Assembly (NCBI GenBank): GCA_043228905.1
Contig: JBHGNT010000001.1
Location: 15,066,001-15,130,000 of the forward strand
DNA from: Azolla caroliniana
Taxonomy: Eukaryota > Plantae > Polypodiophyta
Direction: 5' to 3'
DNA length: 64,000 nucleotides
Made by a program: the position numbers and the translations under genes. The notes beneath the pieces are model-generated. The model ran no database searches. It saw nothing but the letters and a program-made list of their open reading frames with translations, and was not told the DNA's origin. Below, piece after piece: positions 39,425 to 51,604 of the stretch. Numbering within the stretch: position 1 is the stretch's first letter; every line of letters begins with the position of its first letter.

Positions 39425-39937
39425 ATGGCTCCTGTCACATCCTCAGCCTCTGCTGCTCGCCGACATCCTCCTCACGGACCTGAAACCTTCACATTCTACA
39501 TCCACAACCAAGTATACAACCCGGCAGTCAACAACTCCGATTTCGACTCCGCGTACAGTGCGGGGCCCTTGGATCTGGGGCAGCCCAACCCTTATAGCTT
39601 TGGTGTCCGTTCCACGTTCGAGAACCGAATCACAGCAGACCCATCCCCAGAATCGGAGCCCATCGGGGTGGCTCAGGGTGTGTGGATGTTCGACTCCCAG
39701 AAGGGATACGTCCTCATGCATGTCTTTACCGCTACCATCACATCGGGACCTTACACAGGCACCATAGCCATCATGGGCCAGGTTGAGGAGTCCCTGTCCA
39801 CCCGCACCTTGGCTGTGGTTGGTGGCACCGGAGACTTTCTGGCGGCACGTGGTGTCGCCATAAACAAGCTCGTGTCCATAGACCGAACGCCGCCCACCCA
39901 CTGGACCCTCTCCTTCGATCTGGATCTCTACTACTAA
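39425..39937 (+). CDS. dirigent-family protein, 170 aa, intronless, no signal peptide
   Basis: Intact ORF; AACAATGGC start context; motifs FYIHN, FG..TFENRIT, S.PIGVAQG, GTIAIMG and RTLAVVGGTGDFLAARG; TA-rich element near 39290. Confidence 0.9.
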   Translation: MAPVTSSASAARRHPPHGPETFTFYIHNQVYNPAVNNSDFDSAYSAGPLDLGQPNPYSFGVRSTFENRITADPSPESEPIGVAQGVWMFDSQKGYVLMHVFTATITSGPYTGTIAIMGQVEESLSTRTLAVVGGTGDFLAARGVAINKLVSIDRTPPTHWTLSFDLDLYY

Positions 39938-40848
39938 CTAAGTTCCCATCCAACTCTAATATGTATATTGTGGTGTGCAGCATGTGTTTATGTGCATTTC
40001 ACAATATGAGCCTGTGATGTTTTATGATTTATATTTGTAATTTTTGGCTATACTTTACTTTCCCTTTATAATGTATTTTGTCTTTCTTTACTTCCATATT
40101 TACAATATGTAGGCGTTAGGAATCAAATATGTATATGGCAGTGACTTTCTTTTCTCTCCAAACTTGGTTTGTTTTGTGGATTTGGTTAAACAAGGGTATG
40201 GTAATGCAACTTACTAGTTGCCAATGATGTCATTATGGTGATGAGACACCACACCGACTCTTAGATAAAAAGCCACGTCTTTTAGTATTTACAACTTATT
40301 TAGTTATTTTCATTTTGTTTCAGTACCGTATCATTTTATTTGAGCTTTGCAACACGAGAAAATGCCGGCCTCCATTGAGGTTGATGGCATGAACCATCCC
40401 TACCTTTCCTTCTTCAATTAGATGAGACATGTGTAATGTCATCACATTGTAGCTATGACGTTGGAACTTCAAATAATTTCATTTCTTCAAGCGTCACTCG
40501 AATGCAATCAACTTTAGTTCATGAGAAGGAAATTGTTGTTTGTTCCTAGGACCAACAATCAATGGCTCCACCATTAGTGGAGAAACAAAACCAATAGAGT
40601 AAATTTCTGATTGTCCACATTTCCTCCCAATAAGAGAAACTCCAACTTGTAGATGATCTCCCAGTCTCGATAGTAGATGAGGGATTTTTCCAACCACTTA
40701 AAGTAACTTTGGATGAGTTTGATTGGGTGGATGAATAGGTAATTGGACAAACTCTTTAGTCTTCAAGGTATCCAGAAACATATTCTAAGGTGTGCTAATG
40801 TCTTTGCCTTTGGAGGCTATCTAGATACCTAATACATCTATCGCTTTC

Positions 40849-41545
40849 TATTGAGTGACAAGCTCAACATCAGTCGAATCAGTTGAAGCAACCGAAAGCC
40901 GGATCGACTGAAGAGAGTTGGACAAAGATGTTGAAAACCGGATCCGTTGAAGAAGTCGTTAGGGCCTATATTCCTATTTTAGTTATAGGAATGTTATAGG
41001 CAAGTTAGTGACAGAGTTCATAAGTGCACTTTAAGTACTTTGTCAGTATTTGTGTCAACCTACTCTTAGGGGCTTGTATATTAACTGCTCAATGAGCACA
41101 TTGTATGTACTGGGAGTTTTGGTAATGGGAAGTTTTTATTGTTGTCTACTAACAGAGTCTCTCTCTCATTGTGTACTTGTCTCTCACACTCATTCTTTGT
41201 GTTTTACCTAACTATCTATTGTTTTTGCCGGCTAACCCGACAACCTGTGTAAACTTTTGCACATAAACTTTTACATGGTATTAGAGTGCGAGGGTTAGAA
41301 GAATCCTCTGCAACCAACTTAGCTTTCAAACATAGTTCAAGCAACTGGTTTCCGAAAAGGAAAAGACAAGACCATGGACAGAATGATGGGAAGTCCTTCC
41401 TGACGGAAAAGCTCGACGGGGGAAACTATGCATCTTGGGTGCATATAACATGCATCAATACCTCCTCAGACATGGGTATTGTAGTTATGTGGAAGGAGCA
41501 AATGAGGTACCGCCAGAGCTGATACACCGAGACATTCCATCCTGG
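40849..41545 (+). mobile_element. 5' part of a copia (LTR 40849..41275, PBS-Met, gag start), related to 11468..17331
   Basis: LTR start TATTGAGTGACAAGCTCAA; PBS TGGTATTAGAGTGC at 41276; EKLDGGNYASW. Confidence 0.8.
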
Positions 41546-43611
41546 TGTTGAATGTGGGTGTCTAATGGACGTATTCACACTGTCTCCTTTTGTACACACT
41601 AGGTCTAGGCTATTTATGTAAATAGTGAGAAGGGAAGTTGCCCTAAGTTAGTCAGTATATAAACTGACTTTGTAACCTAGTTTTGTTGGTTGATATAACT
41701 TAGTTCATATTGTGCCCAACGTCTCTCTCTCTTGCATTCTAAGTGGCTCATTGTTCTATGTCTTTGTTGCCATCAATCTACCTTGATTGTATCTTCTTAT
41801 TCACATTCTTTTAGAAAAGTGTTGACTTGTTCCGTACGAGATGGCTGCATCTCCAACATCTGGTATGAGAGCTTAAGGCTCTTTCGATTCTGCTGCTGTC
41901 GTCTATCTAGTTTCTATCAACAACTCTTCTTCTGTACACCGTGAAGATCTCGGTTGGCAACTCTCTACAAGATCATTTTCACGAAGAGAAATGCCGGCAA
42001 AATCTGCACTCCACTATTCTAAATCTGCACTTCACTCCTATGATCATAGCCGCTTAGAGTGAGATTTCACATCACAAGCTCTACCTCAATCGAACTACAT
42101 TGGATTAGACAACAATCGAATAGGTCACCTACCGCTAGTCACTCGCATGTCGTAATCACTCGTAGTTGTCTGGGCTCCAAGAACAACCCCCTTCTATGCT
42201 TCATTCGACTAGACAACATTCAGAAAGATTAGATGAATTTGTTCTTCTCATTGTCATAGTCACCTGAAGCAGAATCGGCCTGGATAATCGGCACATACTC
42301 TGTGTTCAGAAATCTCGAAAATCGACATTTGAAATCGAATCGACATACTCGGGTCCAACTCGACTAGGTTAGTCAGTCGTAGTCACTTCGGGTCGAGTCT
42401 ACCGAATTTCGAATCAGATTCGGCTTGTGTTCAAACTGGGCTAGAACGAATTTGGGCGAGCCAATCTGATGCACGCAACCACTGTTCATAGCCAACCCTG
42501 AACAAAGTCCCCCAAAATCGGCACAGATGGCATCAACATCTGGCTCGTCAAAGATGAGTCTAAGGAAGTTCGATGGATCGAACTTCAACTTTTGGAAGGA
42601 GCACATGCAAGACTATTTAGTAGTCAAGGGGAAAATTATTAGAGATATGTACTAATGTAAGCAAAGGACAAGGATAAACGATAGATCTAGATAGAGAGGA
42701 GAGAGAGAAAGAAGGGTGCCGATCCACCCGACCACCCCCGAGCGAAGGGATCGAGACGGACTCGAGCCTCGATCGGCATCCCATACCACCACCTTGGCGT
42801 TGAGTCGTACCTGGTGCTAGCGTGCTCGCTAAGAGAGTTGACCCACCACAAGAACAGAGTCTCAACGTAGTCAAAAGATGATGAAATGAGGGTAGCTAGG
42901 CCTCTTATTTATAGCGATACCCAAGGACCCCAGGCAAGTTCACACTTGGCCTAATGGGTTGTCTCAATCCCAAGGATTAAAAGTAATCCTCCCCTTCTTT
43001 ACACTCTCGTTTAACCCTCACACTTATCCATGTGTATAGAATACTACGGTAAATTCTCACTACGGGATATTATATGGTCATGCCCGTAGCACAAATCGAC
43101 CCCATCGAAACGAAAATGCTCCAGAAGGATACAAGCTGCTTGAATGAGAGAAACTCGATAGAATTGTTTGAGTCATTATTTAGATGCACCTATCGGAATC
43201 AGTGTACTTTACGGTGCAATCGTATTCAACTATGGAAGACAGTTTCAAACACTTATGAAAAGAAGGTCGCCGCCATGAAGATATATTTGATACGAAGCCT
43301 CTATAACGTTCGGTTGAAAGAATCTGATTCGGTCCAGGCGCACCTCAACGAGTACGAAAGTCTAAGCTCCCAAATTTCGGCTCAAGGGACGACTATCAAA
43401 GATGAACTAAGAGCAATGTTGCTTATGAGTAGTATCCCCCCTTTGTAGGAAACTTTCGTCACAACCGTGTGCAACGCATCGACAACGGTCGTTACATACT
43501 CCTCAATCACGAGCGTAATTTTGATTGAAGCAGCTTAGAGGAAATCTTTTGCAAACAATTTGGCCAATAACACGTATGTAGTACAAGGTTTGACCGACCA
43601 ATCGAACAATT
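41546..43611 (+). mobile_element. 5' part of another copia (LTR 41546..41858, PBS 41861..41872, leader, gag from 42527)
   Basis: TGTTG..CCAACA; TGGTATGAGAGC; gag KFDGSNFNFWKEHMQDYL and UBN2-like LIRSLYNVRLKESDSVQAHLNE. Confidence 0.85.
42637..43091 (-). repeat. solo LTR, same family as 51149..51604
   Basis: Reverse-complement match to 51149..51604; TSD AAAAT/CAAAT; interrupts the copia gag. Confidence 0.88.
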
Positions 43612-46600
43612 GAGGAAGGCCGTTGCACCCTCGGTTTCATCAAATTATTCTCTGTCCATTCGGACAGAGACACTCTTTGATTTCCTAGACATTCAATGCA
43701 TCACATCTAGTCTATTTACCCCCATCATCCTACTCCTAGTTATGTACAAGGTATTAATTGGTGTGGAAAGTGTAGGGCTGGTTCATGCACCCTGCTTCGC
43801 CGATTCCGCTTCTCGCCGGTTTTCTTCACGACATCCACCCCTCCCAAACCGCACATCCACCGGTATGCGCCAGAGAGGGACAGATACTGGAGAAAACTGG
43901 CTCGCGTTCACTCGTCGCCATCCGGACTATCGCCGTCCCGGAACCAATTGTCGTCGTTATCGCTCCCCCGCTCCAGCTCGTCTTCGTACCGCTTCTTGAA
44001 CGCTTTAATCCACTTTCTGGCTACAGCACCGCCAATCGTGTCCCGTCGAGCTCCGCAACATGGTACGTGCCGTTGTTGTTCGTGCTCATCACCATGTAGA
44101 GCCCGAACCATCTCCTGGAGAATTTGCGGGTCGCCTTGTGTTGGTTGTCGAGGTTGCTGTCGTAAACCAGCACACAGTTGCCTTCCTCGATCTTCTTCGG
44201 TCGTAGCTGGTGCGTCCAGTCGAACCGGGTTTTGTTTTGTTGCATGCAGCTTCTCATTCACCCGTTCCACGTCCTCCGGCCTCCGCTCAAGTTTCCGGAT
44301 CCGCGTCGCCAACAACTCTTCCCGGCTCATTTCGTCCTTCTACCCCACCACGGCCCACGAAGAAATCGTCTATTCCACCGGCATGATCGGCTTATGCCCA
44401 TACATTAGTTCCGCCGGCATGAACCCTGTTACCGAACTGTGCGTAGTCCGGTCCACCCATAGCACATAGGGTAAGAGCCGCGACCAATTCCTGACTTGGC
44501 CTCCACACGCCCGTACTAACGCTTTGACGATCGGCCCGTGTCCGCGTTCCACCTTCCCATTAGTGTCCGAGTTTAACCCCTAGCCGGTCAAACAACTCTT
44601 CCGCCTCTTGTGGGTCCAATTCCCCGCGGTCGGCCATGATCTTACCGACGCACACGTATTGGCATACCACATCTTCGATTAGAAACCGGCACACGGCCGC
44701 AGTCATTTTGTTCTGCAACGCTCGGCCTTCCAACTGGTTCGTCAGGTCCTCCCGAGCCAGCACCAGATATTGCATCTGCCCTACCCCCATCGGCATCTTC
44801 ACCAGATCCACCATCCACTTGAAGTGGACGGTCTGAGGGTAGGTCGGGTGAAGCTCGTCTCGATGTCAGACTATGGAGTGCATCTGCATCGTCACCAGAT
44901 CCACCATCCACTTGAAGTGGACGGTCTGAGGGTAGGTCGGGTGAAGCTCGTCTCGATGTCAGACTATGGAGTGCATCTGCATCGTCACCAGATCCACCAT
45001 CCACTTGAAGTGGACGGTCTGAGGGTAGGTCGGGTGAAGCTCGTCTCGATGTCAGACTATGGAGTGCATCTGACATCTTTCGCAAGTCGTTACGAACTGA
45101 TGCAGGTTCCGGTATAGTCCCAACCACCAGTACTTCCCCTTCAGCTTCTCGAATGTGGCCCATGTCCAGCGGTGTCGGGCCCAAGGACTCTCGTTGTAGT
45201 CCATAAGCAGCGCTTTCTGCTCGTCCTCCCTCGCCACTACCCGGAGTGGGGTGCCACTTCGCTTCTTCGGGTGCTTCCATATGCGCCCTTCCCGTAGGAA
45301 GAACCGATACGCCTTCTTCCGCACTTGACAGGCATCTTCTCTCGTCCAGGCCGCGTCCGGCGTCATCGTCCGTAGGAACTTCCCGATTCGGAGCCACTCT
45401 CCGTCGTATTCGCTCTTATCGAACTTGTTTTGCGCTCGAGTGGTCCCCTTTCTTGTTGTTACGTTGGCTGACCCGAAGAAGTCCTCGCCGACTTCTTCAT
45501 TATCCGAAACCATGCCGTCCTCGTCGCTGAACCGCGCCCTTGCAAGCATATCGGCTATGCTATTATCTTTCCCGGAGATGTGTCGTATCTCCGGGTTTAG
45601 GGACTTGATTTACGTGATCCACCTGAGCATCGCCAGATCCGGAGTCGCGCATCCGGAGACCATACCTAGAATCAGTAGGCAGTCCGTCTCGATGATCACT
45701 TCCGTCCCGATCAAATAGTCCTTGTCGGCCTTGACTGCCGAAACGATACCCCATAGCTTGCGCTTAACTTGGGTGTATCCTCGCTGCCGCTCGCTCAATA
45801 CCTTCGCTCCGAACCGGATCGGGAATCGTACGCCTGACTGACCACCCACCCGATCCCGTCCTCCACTCAAACCTACGCCCTTTCTTCAATAGCCCGTAGA
45901 GCAGTTCCGCGACATGTGCGTAGTGCGGAATCCAGATGTGGTAGAATGCGCACGCACCCAAGAATCTGCAAACCTCCGTAATTGACCCGCAATCGTCCTT
46001 CATCACGGAAATGGCTTCTACCTTTACCGGGAACGGTTTCCGGCCATAGGGCCCGCACAGGTGTTCGACTACCAGGATCTCTGTCTGCCCAAACGCTGAT
46101 TTCTCTCCGGAGAAGCTGAGCCGCGCGCTCTCGAGCCTCTACAACACCTTATCGCAGTCGTTGATGTGGTTCACAACGAACCTCCCACATCCATCCGGCC
46201 CGACCGTTTCGTTTGCATCCTCCACCGGACACCCTTTTATCGGTATGTCATCTAGGAACGACATAGTGATGTCCGGGATGCAGTCCCTCAACACCTTGTT
46301 AACTGTGTTCACCATGTGCGCCACCGAATTCGTTCCTCCTTGTGGTAGGGTACACATCCACACCCGAGAGGACTCCACATTGTCGTGATGTCCCTGCACT
46401 CTACGGCTAGTTGGAATTGGTCGTACCCCGAGTATAAGTCACCGACAAAATAGATCGACCTTCCGGCGAAGGCCTCCACGAACTCGTCTATGGTCCACCC
46501 GATTCCTGCATTACGGATGGTCACCTTGTTGACCGGTTGCAGGTCCTGTATGAAGCGCAACGTGCCATTCTTCTTTGGCACCGTGAACCACTGATTCAAG

Positions 46601-47955
46601 TATGGGGTACTCGACGGTTTGAGGATAGCCATTTCCACCTTCTACTTCAGTAGCTCCATCAACATCGGGATGTGAGCTCTGGGCAGTGGAATCGGTTTGA
46701 GACTCCACGGCACATGTGGTACCGTGAAGATCACCATTGGCTCGACGATTGTCGGGTCTACGCACCTGATCTCCTCCGACGAGAATGCGAAGGCCTTCCC
46801 GTGCCTTCCGAGCATCCTCCGAAACCGGTTCTCCTCCTCTAGTAGTAGAAAGCCACCCCCACCAACCTTGAGTTGCCATAGCGTTATGCCGGTCAACCGG
46901 TGCCCTATGCCGGCTGGATTCCGTAAACTTGGGTCCGACGCGACCCCTTTTATTCACTCTCCGCTGCCCTCCGGCACGGGTGCCACAACTGGCCTCACCT
47001 TCCGGTCCACAGTCTTATACTTCGTATCCACGTGGACCGTTCGATCCGACCCGATCCTCTCCCCGAAGTCCGCGATGACTTCGTACATTCCCATCGAGCT
47101 AACCGGAATGGTCTGGTCTTTGCTAAGGCCTTTGCCGACCACCTTTCGTAATTCGCCCAAGGTTTCGTAATTGACCTATGGTGCCGACGATCGACTCAAT
47201 GCCCCTATCGAGGGCACTCGTTCCCTTGCGAGCGCTTACTAGCCGGTCGACGGCTACGACCATAGCTTCAGGAAGCTCGGATCCCCTCATCCTTCACTCC
47301 TTTGCCGCCTGTTTCACGTCGGGTTCACCAAATATGTCGAGTTGTTACGCTCTTTGCGTGTGGAAAGAGGCGGGACCGTGGGGGCCTTCAACCAAGGAGC
47401 GTGAGAAAGAAGAGAGACAGAGAGTAGCTTGCAGAAACATAGAGGGAGAAAGAGAGAGAGAACAAAGTCTTAATTACAAAATCAATAGGGATTACAACTG
47501 GCAAGCCGGCAACGGACCCAACTCAAGCGAATACACACACACACACGATGTTGACGCACGCACACAGCCACGACTGCATTGTGGAGCCTTTACCGGAAGC
47601 ACACGGGCTGTCCACGAAGCAGAGGCAACTCAGTCCAAAATCCTGCAGAGAACGACGAACGAGGCACTTCGTCCTCGCTCCCCAAAAACGCGATACTTCA
47701 TCTACCTTCTTCCTTCCCTTTTTATAGGCCGTCGAGGCAGGCCGTTGCACCCTAGGTTTCATCAAATTATTCTCTGTCCTTTCGGACAAAGGTACTCTTT
47801 GATTTCCTAGACATTCAATGCGTCACATCTAGTCTATTTACCCCCCTCGTCCTACTCCTAGTTATTTACAAGATATTAATTGGTGTGGAAAGTGTAGGGC
47901 CGGTTCATGTGCCCTGCTTCGCTGATTCCGCTTCTAGCCGGTTTTCTTCACGACA
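43612..47955 (-). mobile_element. TGTCGT-type gypsy, internally deleted
   Basis: 5' LTR 47335..47955; PBS-Trp 47313..47330; gag start joined directly to pol near 47170; RT PQGGTNSV and FLDDIPIKG; RH; IN; PPT; truncated 3' LTR 43612..43833. Confidence 0.9.
44799..45072. repeat. 93-bp tandem triplication inside the integrase
   Basis: Units start at 44799, 44892 and 44985 and look identical by eye. Confidence 0.95.
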
Positions 47956-48919
47956 ACGTCTTCTGTTCCGCTTTTGGGTGTGCCCTTTCCGGCTTGGCAC
48001 ACTGCTCCTTAACCGAGTGTCCCCGACAACTTACCAAAAGATCACCCTTGCCGCATCCTGGCCCACATGGCCTCCTTTTACGTAACGCCTTGATTGGTCT
48101 GTGCCCCTATTGTTGCCGCCTTTGTCCCCTTGCCACCACCTTCCATTACCCTCGGTCCCATGTTGCCACGTCGGCTGAACAACCGGGGTCTCCGGGTAGG
48201 TGTGAAGGATCCTTCTCGGGCCTCCGTTTTGTTCGGTCACCGACTCGTGTGCCAAGCGCGTCCGATCGTTATCTTGCCGACCCTGCCGGTCGGGCCCGTA
48301 TTCAGTTCGTGGCCGTCTCGCCGGCCTCATACCTTCGTTCGCTCTGCTTTCCATCGTCTGATCACATTCACCTGCCACCATTGTCCTTTCCTATAGGACT
48401 CGTGCCGGCACTCGGGCCGATCGCCGGATCGGTGTGAGGATCTCCGCGGGACCTGCCATCTCAGTCTTCGGTTGCCCGCCTTGCCGCCGCCACCGTTCTT
48501 CACTCTAGGTTTCACGCCAGACCTTGTTGCCGGTTGCCGAAGTGTCTAGAACCGATGTGTGTAAGGTCGCTGCAGCACCGCTTGCCGTCTTCCCAACCTC
48601 CGTGTCAGCCTCTTTGGCTAGTAACGCCACCGATCTCTCCTATAGGACTCACGCCGGCACTCGGGCCGACAGCCGGATCGGTGTGAGGATCTTTGTAGAC
48701 CGCTAATCCGCAGTCCCTTCGCCTTCGTCCCCTCGCCGCCACTGTTCGTCTCTCTAGGTCTTACGCCGCCTCTCGGGCCAACCGCCGGAGCCTCTAGATC
48801 TGGTCTGAAGGATCCTCCTCGGGCTTGTCGTATCTCTGACCCTTATCCGGGGTCGTCTGTCTCCGCAAGTTGAGAGGGTGGCTCGCCCCACACCCTCTCC
48901 CGTGGTACCGTGGTACCGT
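47956..48919 (-). other. unclassified GC-rich TE-like fragment with an internal direct repeat
   Basis: TCCTATAGGACTC..GCCGGATCGGTGTGAGGATCT near 48389 and 48638; possible decayed CCHC knuckle near 48050..48090. Confidence 0.35.
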
Positions 48920-51148
48920 TGTCGTGAAGATTCCGAGGGTGTATGACGAATTCAACCAAAGATCGGTCCAATTCCTAACGGTGCGAGCCAATCATGAAAG
49001 GAATCGAGATAGTCTCGGAGGCGAATCCTCAGATTTTTAGAGCGGACTATTGTAGCATGGGGCAGAAATAGTCCGAGCAATCACAAGAACGGACAACAAA
49101 AAAGAGTGCATGGATTGCGACGAGAAGCAACATGTGTCACACCTAGTGGCGCATGTAAACTAGTACTACCCGACAAGAAGGACAAGCGTCGGATACAAGA
49201 ATTCGAGAAGACGGTGAAAGAAGAAAACATAATAGAAGAAGGAGAGTTCGTGACTCATATTATGGAAGAAGCCTCATTTAACGACACCATCGGCGAAATC
49301 AAGGACGTCATGGACTTGAGCTATCTTCACGACCAACGTGTGATTTCGGTTAACTCCGTCAACATGTATGTTATCATCGATGAATACCGTCGTGGCATCT
49401 CGATGAAGGAAGCTGACATCAGCACGAAATATAAAACTGTGGATAAGAAGATCAAGACAATTGTGGTTCTACTACCGGAAGATAGCTGGCAAAAGATGAA
49501 GGAAGTCACTAACGATCCAAGCTTAAGAGATCCGAAGAAGATAGGTCATGTCTTCACCAAAGAGACGAAGAAGAAGCTACCAGTTGGAAAGGAGGATTTC
49601 CTTCTCCCTGAAGAGGAGCGAATGTTTCATGATATGCTTGAGAGACATGGGACGACTTTCGCATTCTTCCCACGAGAAATCGGATGCGCCGACCCAAAGG
49701 TTATAGAGCCGATGGTGATCTTCACGGTGCCTCATGTGCCTTGGAATTTGAAACTGATACCGGTTCTGAGAGCACACCTTCCGAAGCTGATCAAGCTCTT
49801 AAAGGAGAAGGTGAGTATGGGAATTCTAGAACCGTCGAATGCTCCTTATTCCAATAGGTGGTTCATGGTGCCGAAGAAGAATGGATCATTGCGATTCATC
49901 CAAGATCTTCAACCCGTCAACAAGGTGACAATTCGAAATGCCAGAATCGGTCCAAGCGTGGACGAATTTGCCGAAGCGTTTGCGGGCCGGTCCATCTACT
50001 CCATTGTCGATCTCTACTCCGGATATGATCAATTCCAATTGGCGATCGACAGTCGGGACATTACAACCATGAGGACTCTGATCGGGCTTGTGCGGATGTG
50101 TACCTTACCCCAAGGCGCAACGAACTCGGTGGCTCATATGGTGAATGCCATGAATAAAGTCTTGAAGGATTGCATACCGGACATCACGATGCCATTCTTG
50201 GATGATATTCCGATAAAAGGATGTTCGGATGAGGAGAAAGATGAATCGAAAGATAAGGAAGGTTGTAGAATGTTTGTTGCGGATCATAGGAAAGATTGCG
50301 AGAAGGTGCTTCAAAGGCTCGAAGATGCGAATTTGACATTTTCGGGAGAAAAATCTGCATTTGGGCAACCAAAGATCTTGGTGGTAGGTCACTTGTGTGG
50401 AGCATATGGCCGGAAGCCCTTGCCATCCAAAGTGAACGCAATCCAAGACATGAAAGAAAAATGCGAAAACCAAACGGAGGTTAGAAGGTTCCTTGGAGCA
50501 TGCGCATTTTATCATATCTGGATTCCGCACTACGCTCATGTCGCCGAACCATTATATGGACTACTAAAGAAAAGAATGAAGTTCGAATGGTGAGACGAGC
50601 ACACAAATGCAATGCGAAGATTGAAGAAATTGCTTCTTGAAGCTCCGGCACTGAGGAAGGTCGACTATGCCGAAGGGAAGCCGATTTATGTGACTGTAGA
50701 TACGAGCCCAACCGGAATCGGGTGGGTCATCAACCAAGAAGGAGAAGATAATGCACGATATGCCATCCCGTTCGGAGCGAAGGTTCTTAGCGAACGACAA
50801 CAAAAATACGCCCAAGTCAAGCGAGAACTTTGGGGTATTGTGTCGGCAGTGAAGACGGACAAAGATTACCTGATCGGGTAGGAAGTGATAATAGAGACAG
50901 ATTGTCTCCCAATTCTCGGAATGGTCTCGGGATGTGCGACCCCAGATCTTGCTATGCTAAGGTGGATCGCCTACATCAAGTCATTAAACCCAGAGATCCG
51001 TCACATTGCAGGGAAGAAGAACGCCATGGCTGACATGCTGTCGAGGGCAAGATTTGAAAATGGAAGCGACATGGTTTCGGAAGATGAAGATGTCACCCTC
51101 GACTTCTTCAAGGTGGCTCGATTATCGGCGGAAGACCAGGACACGCAA

Positions 51149-51604
51149 TGTTACGGGCATGACCATTTAATATCCCGTGCTGAGAATTTACTGTAGTATT
51201 CTATACACGTGGATAAGTGTGAGGGTTAAATGAGAGTGTAAAGAAGGGGAGGATTACTTTTAATCCTCAGGATTGAGACAACCCATTAGGTCAAGTGTGA
51301 ACTTGCCTGGGGGCCTTGGGTATCGCTATAAATAAGAGGCCTAGCTACCCTCATTTGATCATCTTTTGGACTACATCGAGACTTTGCTCTTGTGGTGGGT
51401 CAACTCTTGTAGCGAGCGTGCCAGCACCAGGTACAACTCGATGCCACGATGGTGGTATGGGACGTCGATCGAGGCTTGAGTCCGTCTCGATCCCTTCGCT
51501 CAGGGGTGGTCGGGTGGATCGGCACCCTTCTTTCTCTTTCTCCTTTCTATCTATCATTTGTTTATCCTTATCTTAAGCTTAGTTTAGTACCTAGATCTCT
51601 AATA
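51149..51604 (+). repeat. solo LTR inserted between RH and IN
   Basis: TGTTACGG..CTAATA (decayed CA); perfect TSD CGCAA; CTATAAATA near 51326. Confidence 0.92.

Noticed and set aside
40490-40840. Possible coding or TE remnant downstream of the dirigent gene
   Set aside because: No recognisable motifs or termini; not enough evidence to call.
44642-45397. 251-aa repeat-containing protein
   Set aside because: It is an alternative frame of the integrase lengthened by the 93-bp triplication.
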